A DNA stretch of 64,000 nt from Macrostomum lignano (lineage: Eukaryota). The stretch lies in contig NIVC01000540.1 in the NCBI GenBank assembly GCA_002269645.1, forward strand, positions 1 to 64,000, read 5' to 3'. The position numbers were made by a program, and so were the translations under genes. How positions within the stretch are numbered: the first letter of the stretch is position 1; each line of letters opens with the position of its first letter. The notes under the pieces are model-generated. The model had not been told where the DNA came from. It was given only the letters and a program-made list of their open reading frames with translations, and ran no database searches. Below, piece after piece: positions 12,670-24,993 of the stretch.

Positions 12670-12895
12670 CTGAAGATGCGGAAGCAGCCGAAATTTCCGA
12701 GGCGTTGCGCGAGCGCCAAGCCTCTTCAGCGGCGGCGGCAGCAGCTGCAGCGGCGGCCGCCCTGGCGCTCTCGGCGCGTCGTCTGAGATGGCGCCTAACG
12801 CGCCAAAGATAAGCGCGCCGACGCAGCAACTCTTGGCGCCGTTTCTCCGCGGCGCGAATTCTCTCCCGTTGCCCGTCGGCCTTGCATTCCAGCTC
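12670..12895 (-). CDS. MXD: MXD-like exon 4 (zipper + poly-Ala)
   Basis: cccag|GAG phase 0; ELECKADGQRERIRAAEKRRQELLRRRAYLWRVRRHLRRRAESARAAAAAAAAAAEEAWRSRNASEISAASASS-G|gtgat (phase 1). Confidence 0.75.
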
Positions 12896-12924
12896 CTGGG
12901 TGGTGGCAGTGGGGCGATGGCCAG

Positions 12925-13370
12925 TTTAGTGAATAAAGACTTGCACAAAGACTGCAGGAAGATGGCTAACTCAGTGAATAAAGCCTTCATAGACTCCTGG
13001 AAGATAGCTAGCTCAGTGGACAAAGACGTCCACAAAGACTGCAGGAAGATGGCCAGCTAAGTGAATAAAGACTTCCAGACCTATGGAAGATGGCTACGAA
13101 GACTTGCACAAAGACTTCAGGAAGATGGCTAGCTCAGTGGACAAAGACTTCCACAAAGACTGCAGGAAGATAGCTTTCCTCAGTGGCCAAAGACTTGCAC
13201 AAAGACTGCAGGAAGATGGCTAGCTAAGTGAATAAAAACTTCCAGACCTATGGAAGATGGCTACGAAGACTTGCACAAAGACTTCAGGAAGATGGCTAGC
13301 TCAGTGGACAAAGACTTCCACAAAGACTGCAGGAAGATAGCTTTCCTCAGTGGCCATAGACTTGCACTAA
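12925..13370. repeat. Degenerate ~45-bp tandem repeat with an internal block duplication
   Basis: AAAGACTTGCACAAAGACTGCAGGAAGATGGCTAGCTCAGTG. Confidence 0.85.
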
Positions 13371-14189
13371 GAAAGAGACACTAAATTCAGATCAGGATAG
13401 GGACTAAGTGCAAATTTGTAGACATAAATGGCACTAGAGACAAAGGACAAGGATAAAAAACGGATAAACCAGTACGTACAAAAATTGCAGCTAAGGATCA
13501 AGACCGCACTAAATCTCTTCAGCTTATTTTTTGAATTACCCATTCTGACCTGATTTTACGCGCATCAAGGATCTGTCAATCCGCAACCCGGATCAATTCG
13601 CCTTCCCATCATCAAAACTGAACCCCCGGTTTGAATAGATCCGACACTTTTTTCTCTGCCAGCTGCTGACGAACACCAGATGCTGGCTGCTTCCGATGGG
13701 GCAGACGGTCGGAAAAAACTGCCAGAACACACAGACAGACAGGCGGCTCATCCTAATAATGCACGAGTTGAAGCTCTTAGCCGCTTCCAAGGCCTCCAGT
13801 TCTCTCTCAATCTATCTATATATACATATTATTATTTTTGTCCATAATTTCTTTCGACGCCCCAGATCGACGTGTTTTTGTAGCCACTTATTTAGCGCCG
13901 CATAGACTTCACCGCCCCCTCCCCAACCAGCGGACTGCGGCTAAACTAGAAGCAGAAGTTGCTCGGAGAAGAGTGGGGGAGAAGAGGAATAGGCGGGGAG
14001 AAAAGATTCCCAGTATTTATTTTCCCTTCCTCTCGCCCTCCCCCCTCCGGTCACTGCGTCGGTCTCTGCGGCCGGATTTGCCAAGCCTCTTAGGGCTCTT
14101 CCGGCTTTCTCGCTCGATCTCTACAGCCTTGTAGCCGCTTGCCTGCACCTGCACTTCTCTTCCAATGCCACATCTTCCTGTTTACTCCC

Positions 14190-14962
14190 TCCCATCTCCC
14201 ACTGTTTCATCTCCCACTGTCTCATCTCCCACTGTCTCATCTCCCACTGTCTATCTCCCACTGTCTCATCTCCCACTGTCTATCTCCCCCTGTCTCATCT
14301 CCCACTGTCTCATCTCCCACTGTCTCATCTCTCACTGTCTCATCTCCCACTGTCCCATCTCCCACTGTCTCATCTCTCACTGTCTCATCTCCCACTGTCT
14401 CATCTCCCACTGTCTCATCTCCCACTGTCTCATCTCCCACTGTCTCATCTCCCACTGTCTCATCTCCCACTGTCTCATCTCCCACTGTCTCATCTCCCAC
14501 TGTCTCATCTCCCACTGTCTCATCTCCCACTGTCTCATCTCCCACTGTCTCATCTCCCACTGTCTCATCTCCCACTGTCTCATCTCCCACTGTCTCATCT
14601 CCCACTGTCTCATCTCCCACTGTCTCATCTCCCACTGTCTCATCTCCCCCTGTCTATCTCCCACTGTCTCATCTCCCACTGTCTCATCTCTCACTGTCTC
14701 ATCTCCCACTGTCCCATCTCCCACTGTCTCATCTCTCACTGTCTCATCTCCCACTGTCTCATCTCCCAGTGTCTCATCTCCCACTGTCTCATCTCCCACT
14801 GTCTCATCTCCCCCTGTCTCATCTCCCACTGTCTCATCTCCCACTGTCTCATCTCCCACTGTTTCATCTCCCACTGTTTCATCTCCCACTGTCTCATCTC
14901 TCACTGTCTCATCTCCCACTGTCTCATCTCCCACTGTCTCATCTCCCACTGCCCCATCTCAT
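14190..14962. repeat. Minisatellite, 15-bp unit
   Basis: TCTCATCTCCCACTG. Confidence 0.95.
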
Positions 14963-15036
14963 AAAAGTTGACTTTCAAAGTTGGCAGAGTGCAACGCGAA
15001 TAGCGAATCCAAGCCACTTGTGAAGCTCATACTCAC

Positions 15037-15154
15037 CCTGATGTAGCCAAGGGATTTATTCAGCACGTTCAGCATTGTGAGCCGGCCCGCCTGGCCCTGG
15101 CTGAGCGGCAGCTGGTCTCGCAGGCAGTCCAGGCACTGGCGGAGGTGGGCGCGC
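15037..15154 (-). CDS. MXD: MXD-like exon 3 (HLH)
   Basis: ccgcag|G completes Arg; RAHLRQCLDCLRDQLPLSQGQAGRLTMLNVLNKSLGYIR|gtgagt; aligns to Mxi1 RAHLRLCLERLK.LIPL...RHTTLGLLNKAKAHIK. Confidence 0.92.
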
Positions 15155-15220
15155 CTGCGGAGTGAATAAACGAAGACTGGTGGCTGTGGGAATTTTTTAG
15201 CCGAGGACGGAATCGGACCC

Positions 15221-15512
15221 CGGTTGTAGCCTAGTGGTCAGAGCGTCGGTCTCACCACTGAAAGGTCGGGGGTTCGATTCTCGACCCACTCAGAACAATT
15301 TGTGTCCCTGAGCAAGACACTTACCTCTGCATTGCTTCAGTTCACCCAGCTGTAAAATAGGTGCTAGCATTAGCTGGGTAATTGAGGGTGTGTGTGGCAA
15401 CCCCCCCCCCCCAGTCCTTGGACTGAACAGCCGTACGCAGCCTTCAGATGCGCCGCGCAATAGCTGCGGTCGATTAGGGCAGGTGTAATCAAATATTATT
15501 TTATTATTATTA
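15221..15512 (+). mobile_element. tRNA-derived CORE-type SINE, copy 3
   Basis: A and B boxes, CORE-like block, shared tail, (ATT)n; sits just upstream of the MXD exon 3 acceptor on the opposite strand. Confidence 0.88.
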
Positions 15513-16024
15513 CAGCAGAGTGGAATTTTAGGAGATAGTTCAAAGATACTTTAAATGAATATTACAAGGTAAAGAAAAGTTTTCGCACACACGAGAAGGA
15601 CGGAGAAAGAGATAAGGGGGGGGGGGGCAGTGCATGCCATCAGCTCTCGATGGAGCGCCCTCTCCCCTGCATGCCACACACAGGAAGTGCACCTGGCGCT
15701 GGCAGTGCGAATTAAGCGAGAAACGATCCCCGGGATTTATGAGCTATAATCCAGCAGATCTGGGCTGCAGCATCGTCAAGCGATGCTGGGAGCTCAGCTG
15801 ACCGGGGAGAATGCCATGCAGCTGCTGCGCGTCACCCGCTGAAAGCAGCTAGCTCTAAGCCGACAGAAACCCGCCCCGCCCGCCTATCCGCCCCAGCTGA
15901 GCGCCCCAGATTTCAGCCTGTTGGGGCGGTGGCGATGACAAAATGGGAATAACAAAATTAATAATAGCATGCATGTTTCTCCCTACTCACATGCGTTATG
16001 AGTCAATTGAGGTGTGACATGCGC

Positions 16025-16320
16025 GTTTGTGTGACTGCTGTCACAATGGTCTGCGCGTTTGAGTGACTGCTGTCACAATGGTCTGCGCGTTTGAGTGATT
16101 GCTGTCACAATGGTCTGCGCGCTTGTGTGACTGCTGTCACAATGGTCTGCGCGCTTGTGTGACTGCTGTCACAATGGTCTGCGCGCTTGTGTGACTGCTG
16201 TCACAATGGTCTGCGCGCTTGTGCGACTGCTGTCACAATGGTCTGCGCGCTTGTGTGACTGCTGTCACAATGGTCTGCGCGCTTGTGCGACTGCTGTCAC
16301 AATGGTCTGCGCGCTTGCGT
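16025..16320. repeat. Minisatellite, 32-bp unit
   Basis: GTGTGACTGCTGTCACAATGGTCTGCGCGCTT. Confidence 0.95.
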
Positions 16321-16398
16321 TTCTGTCGTGTTTTTGCGTCTCCGTCTTTGAAAATGAAATAAAAGCATAATGCGGGATGGCGGGCTCATACAGCCTCC

Positions 16399-16399
<1 letters not shown>

Positions 16400-16480
<81 letters not shown>
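16400..16480. repeat. (CT)n microsatellite
   Basis: direct reading. Confidence 0.95.
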
Positions 16481-16482
<2 letters not shown>

Positions 16483-17169
16483 GAGTCGTTTGAGATTGCT
16501 ATCCGGATACACAATCGCACATTGTGCTGACCAATTCAAGCATAATTCTATCACGAATTTGTTAATACAGAAATATCCCCAGCTGCTAAAATCCTGACTT
16601 AATAGTTCTCTCAGTCCCGCATTGTTCTCACCCAGCGGGGCATGTCCAGGCGCCCTTGAATTCTTCATCAATCCCGCGGCGGGGGTCAGACAACAAGTGC
16701 GCCCATGCAGCCCTCGTCCTTATTTTTATTCAGAAGCAAAGCAATCATTTCTGCAGCAAATTGATCAGAGAGACCTGGAGCAACGCAACAACCAACCTAA
16801 GCTCATCCAGGGACTATGGCTGAAGATGAGTAGTATCTAGCTAGGGCATACGCTAGGCTAGGCATGCCCAGGCTAAATAAGTTGAAATAAAATTCATGAA
16901 TAACAATTAATAACGCCACTGCGCAGGCTAAAGCGCCATTTAACTCCAATCCAGGGTACTCGGGTGTCTCTTACTAGCTAACAGCTCCCTCACCTGGGGC
17001 TCTGTTTACTCGCGACTGCACTGGAAACCGCAGCCAGCCCTCACCGTATACTCACATAGAGGAAAGGCCAGGCGCCAAAGACAGTGAAAGGCGACTCGCA
17101 AAGTTTTTCACTCCAGTTCAAGAGTGACTCATTCTAAGCTGAAATAAAAAAGCAAAAACACGCGCCAAG

Positions 17170-17401
<232 letters not shown>

Positions 17402-17728
17402 GCTGAAAAGATCGAAGCCGAAAAGGGAGGGTGAGAAATCCGAAACCTACTCTCAGACACTCGGCAACCAACAAGCCCGCACACTTCAGTCATTTCCCTC
17501 TGGTAACTCCGCCCTATTCACAGTCTCTCGCTCTCTCGCTCACTCTCGCTGCTGTCAAAATTCGACTTAAGTGGAGTTGCTATGCAGCAGTAGTAGATGG
17601 ATAGGGGGGGGGGGCAGGGTGCGAGAGAGTTCCTGCCGCGTTCAAGACCCCGAGATGAAGAATTCCTTTCAAAAGGAAAACGGGACAAGGGAGGGAGAGG
17701 AGAGAAGTTCTGCGCATGCGGCGATCCG

Positions 17729-18452
17729 TCACTCTCACTCACTCACTCACTCACTCACTCACTCACTCACTCACTCTCACTCACTCACTCACTCACTCAC
17801 CCACTCACTCACTCACTCTCACTCACTCACTCACTCACTCACTCACTCACTCACTCACTCACTCACTCACTCACTCACTCACTCACTCACTCACTCACTC
17901 ACTCACTCTCACTCACTCACTCACTCACTCACTCACTCACTCACTCACTCACTCACTCACTCTCACTCACTCACTCACTCACTCACTCACTCACTCACTC
18001 TCACTCACTCACTCACTCACTCACTCACTCACTCACTCACTCACTCACTCACTCTCACTCACTCACTCACTCACTCACTCACTCACTCACTCACTCACTC
18101 ACTCACTCACTCACTCACTCACTCACTCTCACTCACTCACTCACTCACTCACTCACTCACTCACTCACTCACTCACTCACTCACTCACTCTCACTCACTC
18201 ACTCACTCACTCACTCACTCACTCACTCACTCTCACTCACTCACTCACTCACTCACTCACTCACTCACTCACTCACTCACTCACTCACTCACTCACTCAC
18301 TCACTCACTCACTCTCACTTACTCACTCACTCACTCACTCACTCACTCACTCACTCACTCACTCACTCACTCACTCACTCACTCACTCTCACTCACTCAC
18401 TCACTCACTCACTCACTCACTCACTCACTCACTCACTCACTCACTCACTCAC
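17729..18452. repeat. (CACT)n tetranucleotide array
   Basis: direct reading. Confidence 0.95.
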
Positions 18453-18567
18453 ATCTAACAATTCCAGGGTCAGTGAAAGAAAGGCCCAGCACTTCCAGGA
18501 AATCTTTTTACACGATATTAGCAAAACAACTTTTTCCATAGAATATTTTTAATGCAAAGAGACGAAC

Positions 18568-18772
18568 CGATTTTTCTCCAGCTCATTGTGACTGCTGCGG
18601 CTGGTGTCCTGAATCTGGCGACGGGTGCCAGATTGCATGGCGCTGGCCGAAATTGGTGCCAAACGTTGCTTCAGCAATGGTTCCTGCTGCTGCTTCTGCT
18701 GCCGTAAGCCGGCTGAGCTGTAGGCCAGCTTCAGCCTCAGCTGCATCGGCATGATTGGACGAGCCAGCATGG
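18568..18772 (-). CDS. MXD: MXD-like exon 2 (basic region start)
   Basis: tccgcag| acceptor, phase 1; ends ...SRSSHNELEKN-CG|gt (phase 2). HNELEKNR is the Mad/Mxi1 basic-region signature. Confidence 0.88.
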
Positions 18773-18817
18773 CTGCGGATTGAAACAGAACCACGCTGAT
18801 GAGTTGAATCAAAGCTG

Positions 18818-19325
18818 ACTACCGACTCTCAAACCGGGGCACTACCGACTCTCAAACCGGGGCACTACCGACTCTCAAACCGGGGCACTACCGACTCTCA
18901 AACCGGGGCACTACCGACTCTCAAACCGGGGCACTACCGACTCTCAAACCGGGGCACTACCGACTCGAAGCTCTCATCTCGGAGCACCACTGACTCTCAT
19001 TTCGGAGCACTACTGACTCTCATCTCGGAGCACTACTGACTGACTCTCATCTCGGAGCACCACTGACTCTCATTTCGGAGCACTACTGACTGACTCTCAT
19101 CTCGGGGCACTACTGACTGACTCTCATTTCGGAGCACTACTGACTGACTCTCATCTCGGGGCACTACTGACTGACTCTCATCTCGGGGCACTACTGACTC
19201 TCATCTCGGGGCACTACTGACTGACTCTCATCTCGGGGCACTACTGACTGACTCTCATCTCGGGGCACTACTGACTCTCATCTCGAAGCACTACTGACTG
19301 ACTCTCATCTCGGGGCACTACTGAT
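18818..19325. repeat. Compound minisatellite (23-bp unit, then 23/27-bp related unit) filling MXD intron 1
   Basis: ACTACCGACTCTCAAACCGGGGC, then ACTACTGA(CTGA)CTCTCATCTCGGGGC. Confidence 0.9.
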
Positions 19326-19413
19326 TCTTACCTAGGCGCTCATCTCATCTGACTCCCATAGAATCAGTGCATTACGCAATACAGAATCCCAGTTCTTTAA
19401 AAGGCCAACTCAC

Positions 19414-19546
19414 TAGTAGGAGGAAATCTGGCCACGGAGTCCCGCTGCTCCAGCAGCATGGCAGCTTCGTACAACAGCATCAGGCCGTTGCCGCCGACAG
19501 TGTAGCGACCGCTGCAAACGCTTTCGCTCCGCCCCCGCTGGTCCAT
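19414..19546 (-). CDS. MXD: Mad/MXD-family bHLH-Zip repressor, exon 1 (Sin3-interaction domain)
   Basis: ATG at 19546; MDQRGRSESVCSGRYTVGGNGLMLLYEAAMLLEQRDSVARFPPT, then a|gtgag donor (phase 1). LMLLYEAAMLLEQ fits the SID pattern of Mad1 (IQMLLEAADYLE). Confidence 0.8.
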
Positions 19547-20796
19547 AGCAGTGCAGTTCTAATCGATCTTAGCCAAGAATTTCACGCACACTGGGCTAAC
19601 TTAACTCCCCCAGTTGAAACCAAGAAAGCAGTTTGGAGCTCGCTTTAGAATTAAGAGCAGGGGGCGAAGCGAGAGAAAGGTTTGCGCCGCTGCGGGGCTT
19701 TAATAGAAAATTCCAGCTGCCTGCCTACCTCAACCGCTCCTCGTGCTGGCCAGGCCTCGGGGCTTGATTGGCCCTGGCGCTACCAGCTTTCCCAGGCCCA
19801 GCCCCCATCAGTGCAGTTAGTTTCTTTAAAGCGCTCGCCGGGGGGATTCCCGCATGCTTCTGTCGCTCTTCGCCAGGGTAAACCCCGATTCACGCCTGAT
19901 GCTAAATTTAGAACACAGTAAAAGGCTCACTGCAATCTTAAGCGTACTTTGAGATGTACACATAGCTGGGAATGTACACTGGCGGGAGGGTGTGCTTATT
20001 AGTCATGGTAGGGAGAGCGGAGGAGAGGAAGGAGCGGGCCGGTTCCTGCTTTGGCGGGGAGAGTTGCATCAACAGCACGCACACAAGCCCGGCTACTTCT
20101 ACTCGTACCGACCCGCGAGGGGAAGGGGGCTGTCAGTCAGCGTTTCGTTCTTCATCGCTCCTAACTCTCTCTGCCATACAATTTGAATCGGTCGAGATGA
20201 TTCTCTCTTGTTTGTATTTGCGCAGGCCCGCAATAAAAATACTAAAAGCTCTCTGTCACCAACCCTCCTATATTCCCGTTCCGCTTCCTCATCCGACTCG
20301 CAGCTGTCTCCTCTCATTTCCCGTTTGCAATATTCTTGCAACAACACAAGCTTTCTCTCATCATAGAGTGTACGCCATATGCCATATACGATATTGAATG
20401 ATAGGGAGCCTAACCAGCAAATAATAAGCAGCCACCAATGTAGTCAAGTGTCTTGTGCATAGTTGGCTGGCTAGGTATCAATCTTTTGCTTGAAGGAGAG
20501 CGGATGGGGAATGCCACGGAGAAAGTGCATCGGGAGATTTTGAAGATTGCTGCAACTTTAACCATGTAAGGATAAAATTGACAAGAAACGGGAAATGCAT
20601 GTCTTGCGTAAGATGCTTATCTAAGAGAAAGAGCAACTGTGTATGGAAGCTGTAATAAGCGCGGCTGGCGTTGCCACCGGGGGGGGGGTGGGACATGCCA
20701 ATTGGGACCTAGAAATTTTTCAAAAAATTTAATGACCTACTCTCTAAAAATTTCTTAATTCTGCATAGCTTAATAAAAATTTAAATTTTCCACTTC

Positions 20797-22157
20797 ATGG
20801 CGCTAAAATGAGCGCTTGCGGCGCTAAAATGAGTGCCTGCGGCGCTAAAATGAGTGCTTGCAGCGCTAAAATGAGTGCCCGTGGCGCTAAAATGAGTGCC
20901 CGTGGCGCTAAAATGAGTGCTTGCAGCGCTAAAATGAGTGCCCGTGGCGCTAAAATGAGTGCCCGTGGCGCTAAAATGAGTGCCCGTGGCGCTAAAATGA
21001 GTGCCCGTGGCGCTAAAATGAGTGCCCGTGGCGCTAAAATGAGTGTCTGCGGCGCTAAAATGAGTGCCTGCGGTGCTAAAATGAGTGCCCGTGGCGCTAA
21101 AATGAGTGCCCGTGGCGCTAAAATGAGTGCTTGCAGCGCTAAAATGAGTGCCCGTGGCGCTAAAATGAGTGCCCGTGGCGCTAAAATGAGTGCCCGTGGC
21201 GCTAAAATGAGTGCCCGTGGCGCTAAAATGAGTGCCCGTGGCGCTAAAATGAGTGTCTGCGGCGCTAAAATGAGTGCCTGCGGTGCTAAAATGAGTGCCT
21301 GCGGCGCTAAAATGAGTGCCTGCGGTGTTAAAATGAGTGCCTGCGGCGCTAAAATGAGTGCCTGCGGCGCTAAAATGAGTGCCTGTGGCGCTAAAATGAG
21401 TGCCCGTGGCGCTAAAATGAGTGCCCGTGGCGCTAAAATGAGTGCCCGTGGCGCTAAAATGAGTGTCTGCGGCGCTAAAATGAGTGCCTGCGGTGCTAAA
21501 ATGAGTGCCCGTGGCGCTAAAATGAGTGCCCGCGGCGCTAAAATGAGTGCCTGTGGTGCTAAAATGAGTGCTTGCAGCGCTAAAATGAGTGCCCGTGGCG
21601 CTAAAATGAGTGCCCGTGGCGCTAAAATGAGTGCTTGCAGCGCTAAAATGAGTGCCCGTGGCGCTAAAATGAGTGCCCGTGGCGCTAAAATGAGTGCCCG
21701 TGGCGCTAAAATGAGTGTCTGCGGCGCTAAAATGAGTGCCTGCGGTGCTAAAATGAGTGTCTGCGGCGCTAAAATGAGTGCCCGCGGTGCTAAAATGAGT
21801 GCCTGCGGCGCTAAAATGAGTGCCTGCGGTGTTAAAATGAGTGCCTGCGGCGCTAAAATGAGTGCCTGCGGCGCTAAAATGAGTGCCTGTGGCGCTAAAA
21901 TGAGTGCCTGCGGTGCTAAAATGAGTGCCTGCGGCGCTAAAATGAGTGCCTGCGGTGCTAAAATGAGTGCCTGCGGCGCTAAAATGAGTGCCTGCGGTGC
22001 TAAAATGAGTGCCTGCGGCGCTAAAATGAGTGCCTGCGGTGCTAAAATGAGTGCCTGCGGCGCTAAAATGAGTGCCTGCGGTGCTAAAATGAGTGCCCGC
22101 GGCGCTAAAATGAGTGCCTGCGGTGCTAAAATGAGTGCCCGCGGCGCTAAAATGAGT
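20797..22157. repeat. Minisatellite, 21-bp unit
   Basis: GGCGCTAAAATGAGTGCCTGC; explains the 451-aa MSACGAK ORF. Confidence 0.95.
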
Positions 22158-22205
22158 CAGTAAAATTCGAAGTCTCTAACCAGGATTTTAAGATTTTAAG
22201 CTGAC

Positions 22206-22517
22206 TGGGGGTTGTAGCCTGTGGTTAGAGCGTCGGACTCACGACTTGAAGGTCGGGGGTTCGATTCCAGAATCCCACTGGAATAATTTGTGTCCTTGAG
22301 CAAGACACTTAACTGTGCATTACTTCAGTTCACCCAGCTGTAAAATGAGTGCCAGCATTGGCTGGGGTAATTGAGGGTGTGTGTCGACCCCCCCTCCAGT
22401 TCTTGGACTGAACAGCCGTACGCAGCCTTCAGATGCGCCGCGCAATAGCGGCGGCTGAGCTGTCGGTTGCACATCTGCTTATTAGGGCAGGTGTAATCAA
22501 TTATTATTATTATTATA
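22206..22517 (+). mobile_element. tRNA-derived CORE-type SINE, copy 4 (most complete, 10-bp TSD)
   Basis: Full head/CORE/tail; TTAAGCTGAC at 22196-22205 and 22518-22527. Confidence 0.9.
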
Positions 22518-23844
22518 TTAAGCTGACAAAAGTGAAATACGGATAAGGTTTTTCAATAATTTTCCACACTGATGCTTCTAAAAGCTCTAAAAGCCTCCTT
22601 ATACGGTTGAAGACAAATGATGCCAGGAGAACACAGATAGAGAACATCCAGCAAAATCAGGGTGTCTTCTTATAGCTTTCCGATATGTATCGAAACTATA
22701 ACCACAGTCTGAGCAAGAAGTTAGACAGTACAACCATTGCAACAACATGCAGCAGAGAGGCAAGAGGCCGGCAAGGCGAAATGGGGAGATAGAGCTAGAA
22801 AAAGATTGGGAGAGGTCGGTCGGGACAGCCGCTGCATCGCTGTTAATTAGCAGCCACGCCCGAGTCCTCATGCAGGGGGGGGGGGAGGTTGCTCCGGCCC
22901 CTGCGCTTCTAGCCCCCAGTCCCAATTAGAGTGCCCCCGGCCTGCGCACTAATTGGGGCAAATGAGAGGAAAATATGCATGTAGCATCGCAAACTTTTTC
23001 ATATTCCCACAAAAAGCCTCACTATGACACCGCCGTTTCGGCCCCTCAAAACCGGCGCAGTTTTCCCCACTCCCGAGCGGCACAATGCAAATGAACACAA
23101 ATGATGCTCTTACTATCGAATCACAATGGCTGCTTTCATTGGATGTCGAGATCTTAAACAGCTAGGTATAGACATTAAATCAATGATGGAGAGCCTGGAA
23201 GCTGGTTGTCAGCCCTGATCAGAGTAGCAACAATTGCGGCACGATCCCCGGACCCTGGGCGCCTCCCTGGATTGAAGGGAATGAAGTCGAATGTCGTGGA
23301 AATTTTAAACCCCGGCAACGCTCAAATCCCCTGGCTATAGCTTTTTATCTTCTCCGCGGGGATTGCCACGGGCCGTCTTTCCCCATTTCAAAAAATAGGA
23401 AGCGAAATCCCATGAGTGACGGGCAAGGACCCCAGGAACCCTATAGCTTAATCTATCTGTGCAGCTTCCATTGAAAACCCCGTGCAATACTTTTCCTTTT
23501 ATTCCTTCGGGTTTACTTGCCTTCCCCTCGCCTCCACCCCACCCGGTTCGCGTCCCCTTCCTTCATCAACAGGGATTTCTGTTTCTCTTTGCCTTTTGCC
23601 AATTTTTGTGGTCTTTAATCCTCGGACTGTGCTAGAATAGAAGATAGGATTGTGTTCGCATGGCATCTTGCCTCCTACAAATACATTCGAATAGCCATCG
23701 GTAGCTCTGCTGTTTCGACATCAAATAGCAGGGGGAGATATACTGTTTTTTGCCTCAAATGGGTTGCAGGTTTTAATGAAAGCAATTCGAAGGGAGATTT
23801 TTATGTCTCAAACAGTCAGTTAGTTGAATTACCATAGGAAATAT

Positions 23845-24110
23845 CGATTTAACTGTCTATGACTTTAATTACTAGTTAGGTTCAACTGTCTATGGTATAA
23901 ACAGCCAGTTGGATTCAATTTTCTATGGCTTAAACTCTTGATTTAATTTTACTGTCTATGGCACAAACTGTTAGTTAGATTCAACTGTCTATGGCCTAAA
24001 CTGTTGGTTAGGTTTAACTGTCTATGACTTAAGCTCGATTTAATTTAATTGTCTATGGCCCAAACTGTAAGGTGGATTCAACTGTCTATGGCCCAAACTG
24101 TTAGTTAAAT
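23845..24110. repeat. Degenerate ~33-bp tandem repeat
   Basis: TTCAACTGTCTATGGC..AAACTGTTAGTT. Confidence 0.75.
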
Positions 24111-24923
24111 AAGTTAGTAACATGGTTGTCTTTATTATCAACTTGGCTGACAAAGCAATGTCCGCAGGATGAAATATGCTGAAAATGTGCCAGAACAATA
24201 AAGGCAAAGTTAAAACAAATAAGCATTAGAAGCATTTGCTAGTCTAGCACGCGCAACTGACGGCCTTACTATATATGCATATAATAATAACATATTGCTA
24301 ATTTTCTATTAGAATCAATCACTGATCTACTGTCTGCACTCGATATATTTGTTTAATCAATTGTCAAATTTCACCAAATTGTTAAATTTACGTAGTGCAA
24401 AGGAATTAATAATGCGTAATGCTTTTGTACTTTTAAAATCTCAACAATCTGCATAGGGAAACGAAGCGTTAGGACTTTTTGATTCATATATAAATTTTGT
24501 TAAAACTGAAATGGATCAAGGAGAGACAAAACGGTTGGGTGAAGAGAGACAATATAAGATAAGAGCATCATAAATATTAATAGAATGAGGAACTCTCTCC
24601 CGGATTAGCTCGAGTACAACAGGGGTAGCAGCAGAGATTAGACTCTTCAACTAACTGAATAAAACAAAAAATGGAATAATGAAGCATTATTACTCTATCA
24701 GATAGCTAGTAGGTTGGAATTAAAATTAACCCAAATGATAAAGGACAGAACTACCGTGAACTAACAATATTAATAGTGTTATATATCATATGATTAGAGT
24801 ACAACAGATAGAGGCTGGCTACCCACTAAAAAAATGAATAATTATATCATACTAGTAGCATACATGCGCAACACCCGGCCAAGATAAATCGACCCGATGC
24901 CCACCCGAAAAAGTAGGCGTAGT

Positions 24924-24993
24924 ACTAATTAGATGACGAGGCATTAAGCTTTAATAATACATTCATAGTTACTCTTGCCGTTAATCCAAACTT
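24924..24993 (-). pseudogene. Decayed 28S (nuclear LSU) rRNA-like fragment, H69-H71 region
   Basis: + strand ACTAATTAGATGACGAGGCATT (22 nt), 17-nt spacer, then TCATAGTTACTC..GCCGTT. Ungapped match to the reverse complement of the conserved 28S AACGGCGGGAGTAACTATGA...AATGCCTCGTCATCTAATTAGT, recalled from memory. Confidence 0.65.

Noticed and set aside
12666-12705. CTGAAGAT...CCGAAATTTC as a hammerhead
   Set aside because: Stem II and stem I do not pair properly, and the sequence is the antisense of MXD exon 4.
20808-22163. Long repetitive ORFs as real proteins (also 6881, 14139, 17571, 26720, 29523, 42274, 43348, 46883, 61234)
   Set aside because: These are stop-free translations of minisatellites, open in several frames or strands, and mostly lie inside introns of the identified genes.
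23125-23220. Gypsy-like protease fragment (FIGCRDLKQLGIDIK)
   Set aside because: A single short motif with no DTG/DSG catalytic site and no downstream RT.
23355-23830. Second, longer degenerate LSU rRNA-like region (GCGAAA..GACGGGC..ACCC..AGCTT, ACAGGGAT)
   Set aside because: Only short, scattered motif resemblances by eye; not supportable without an Infernal LSU search.
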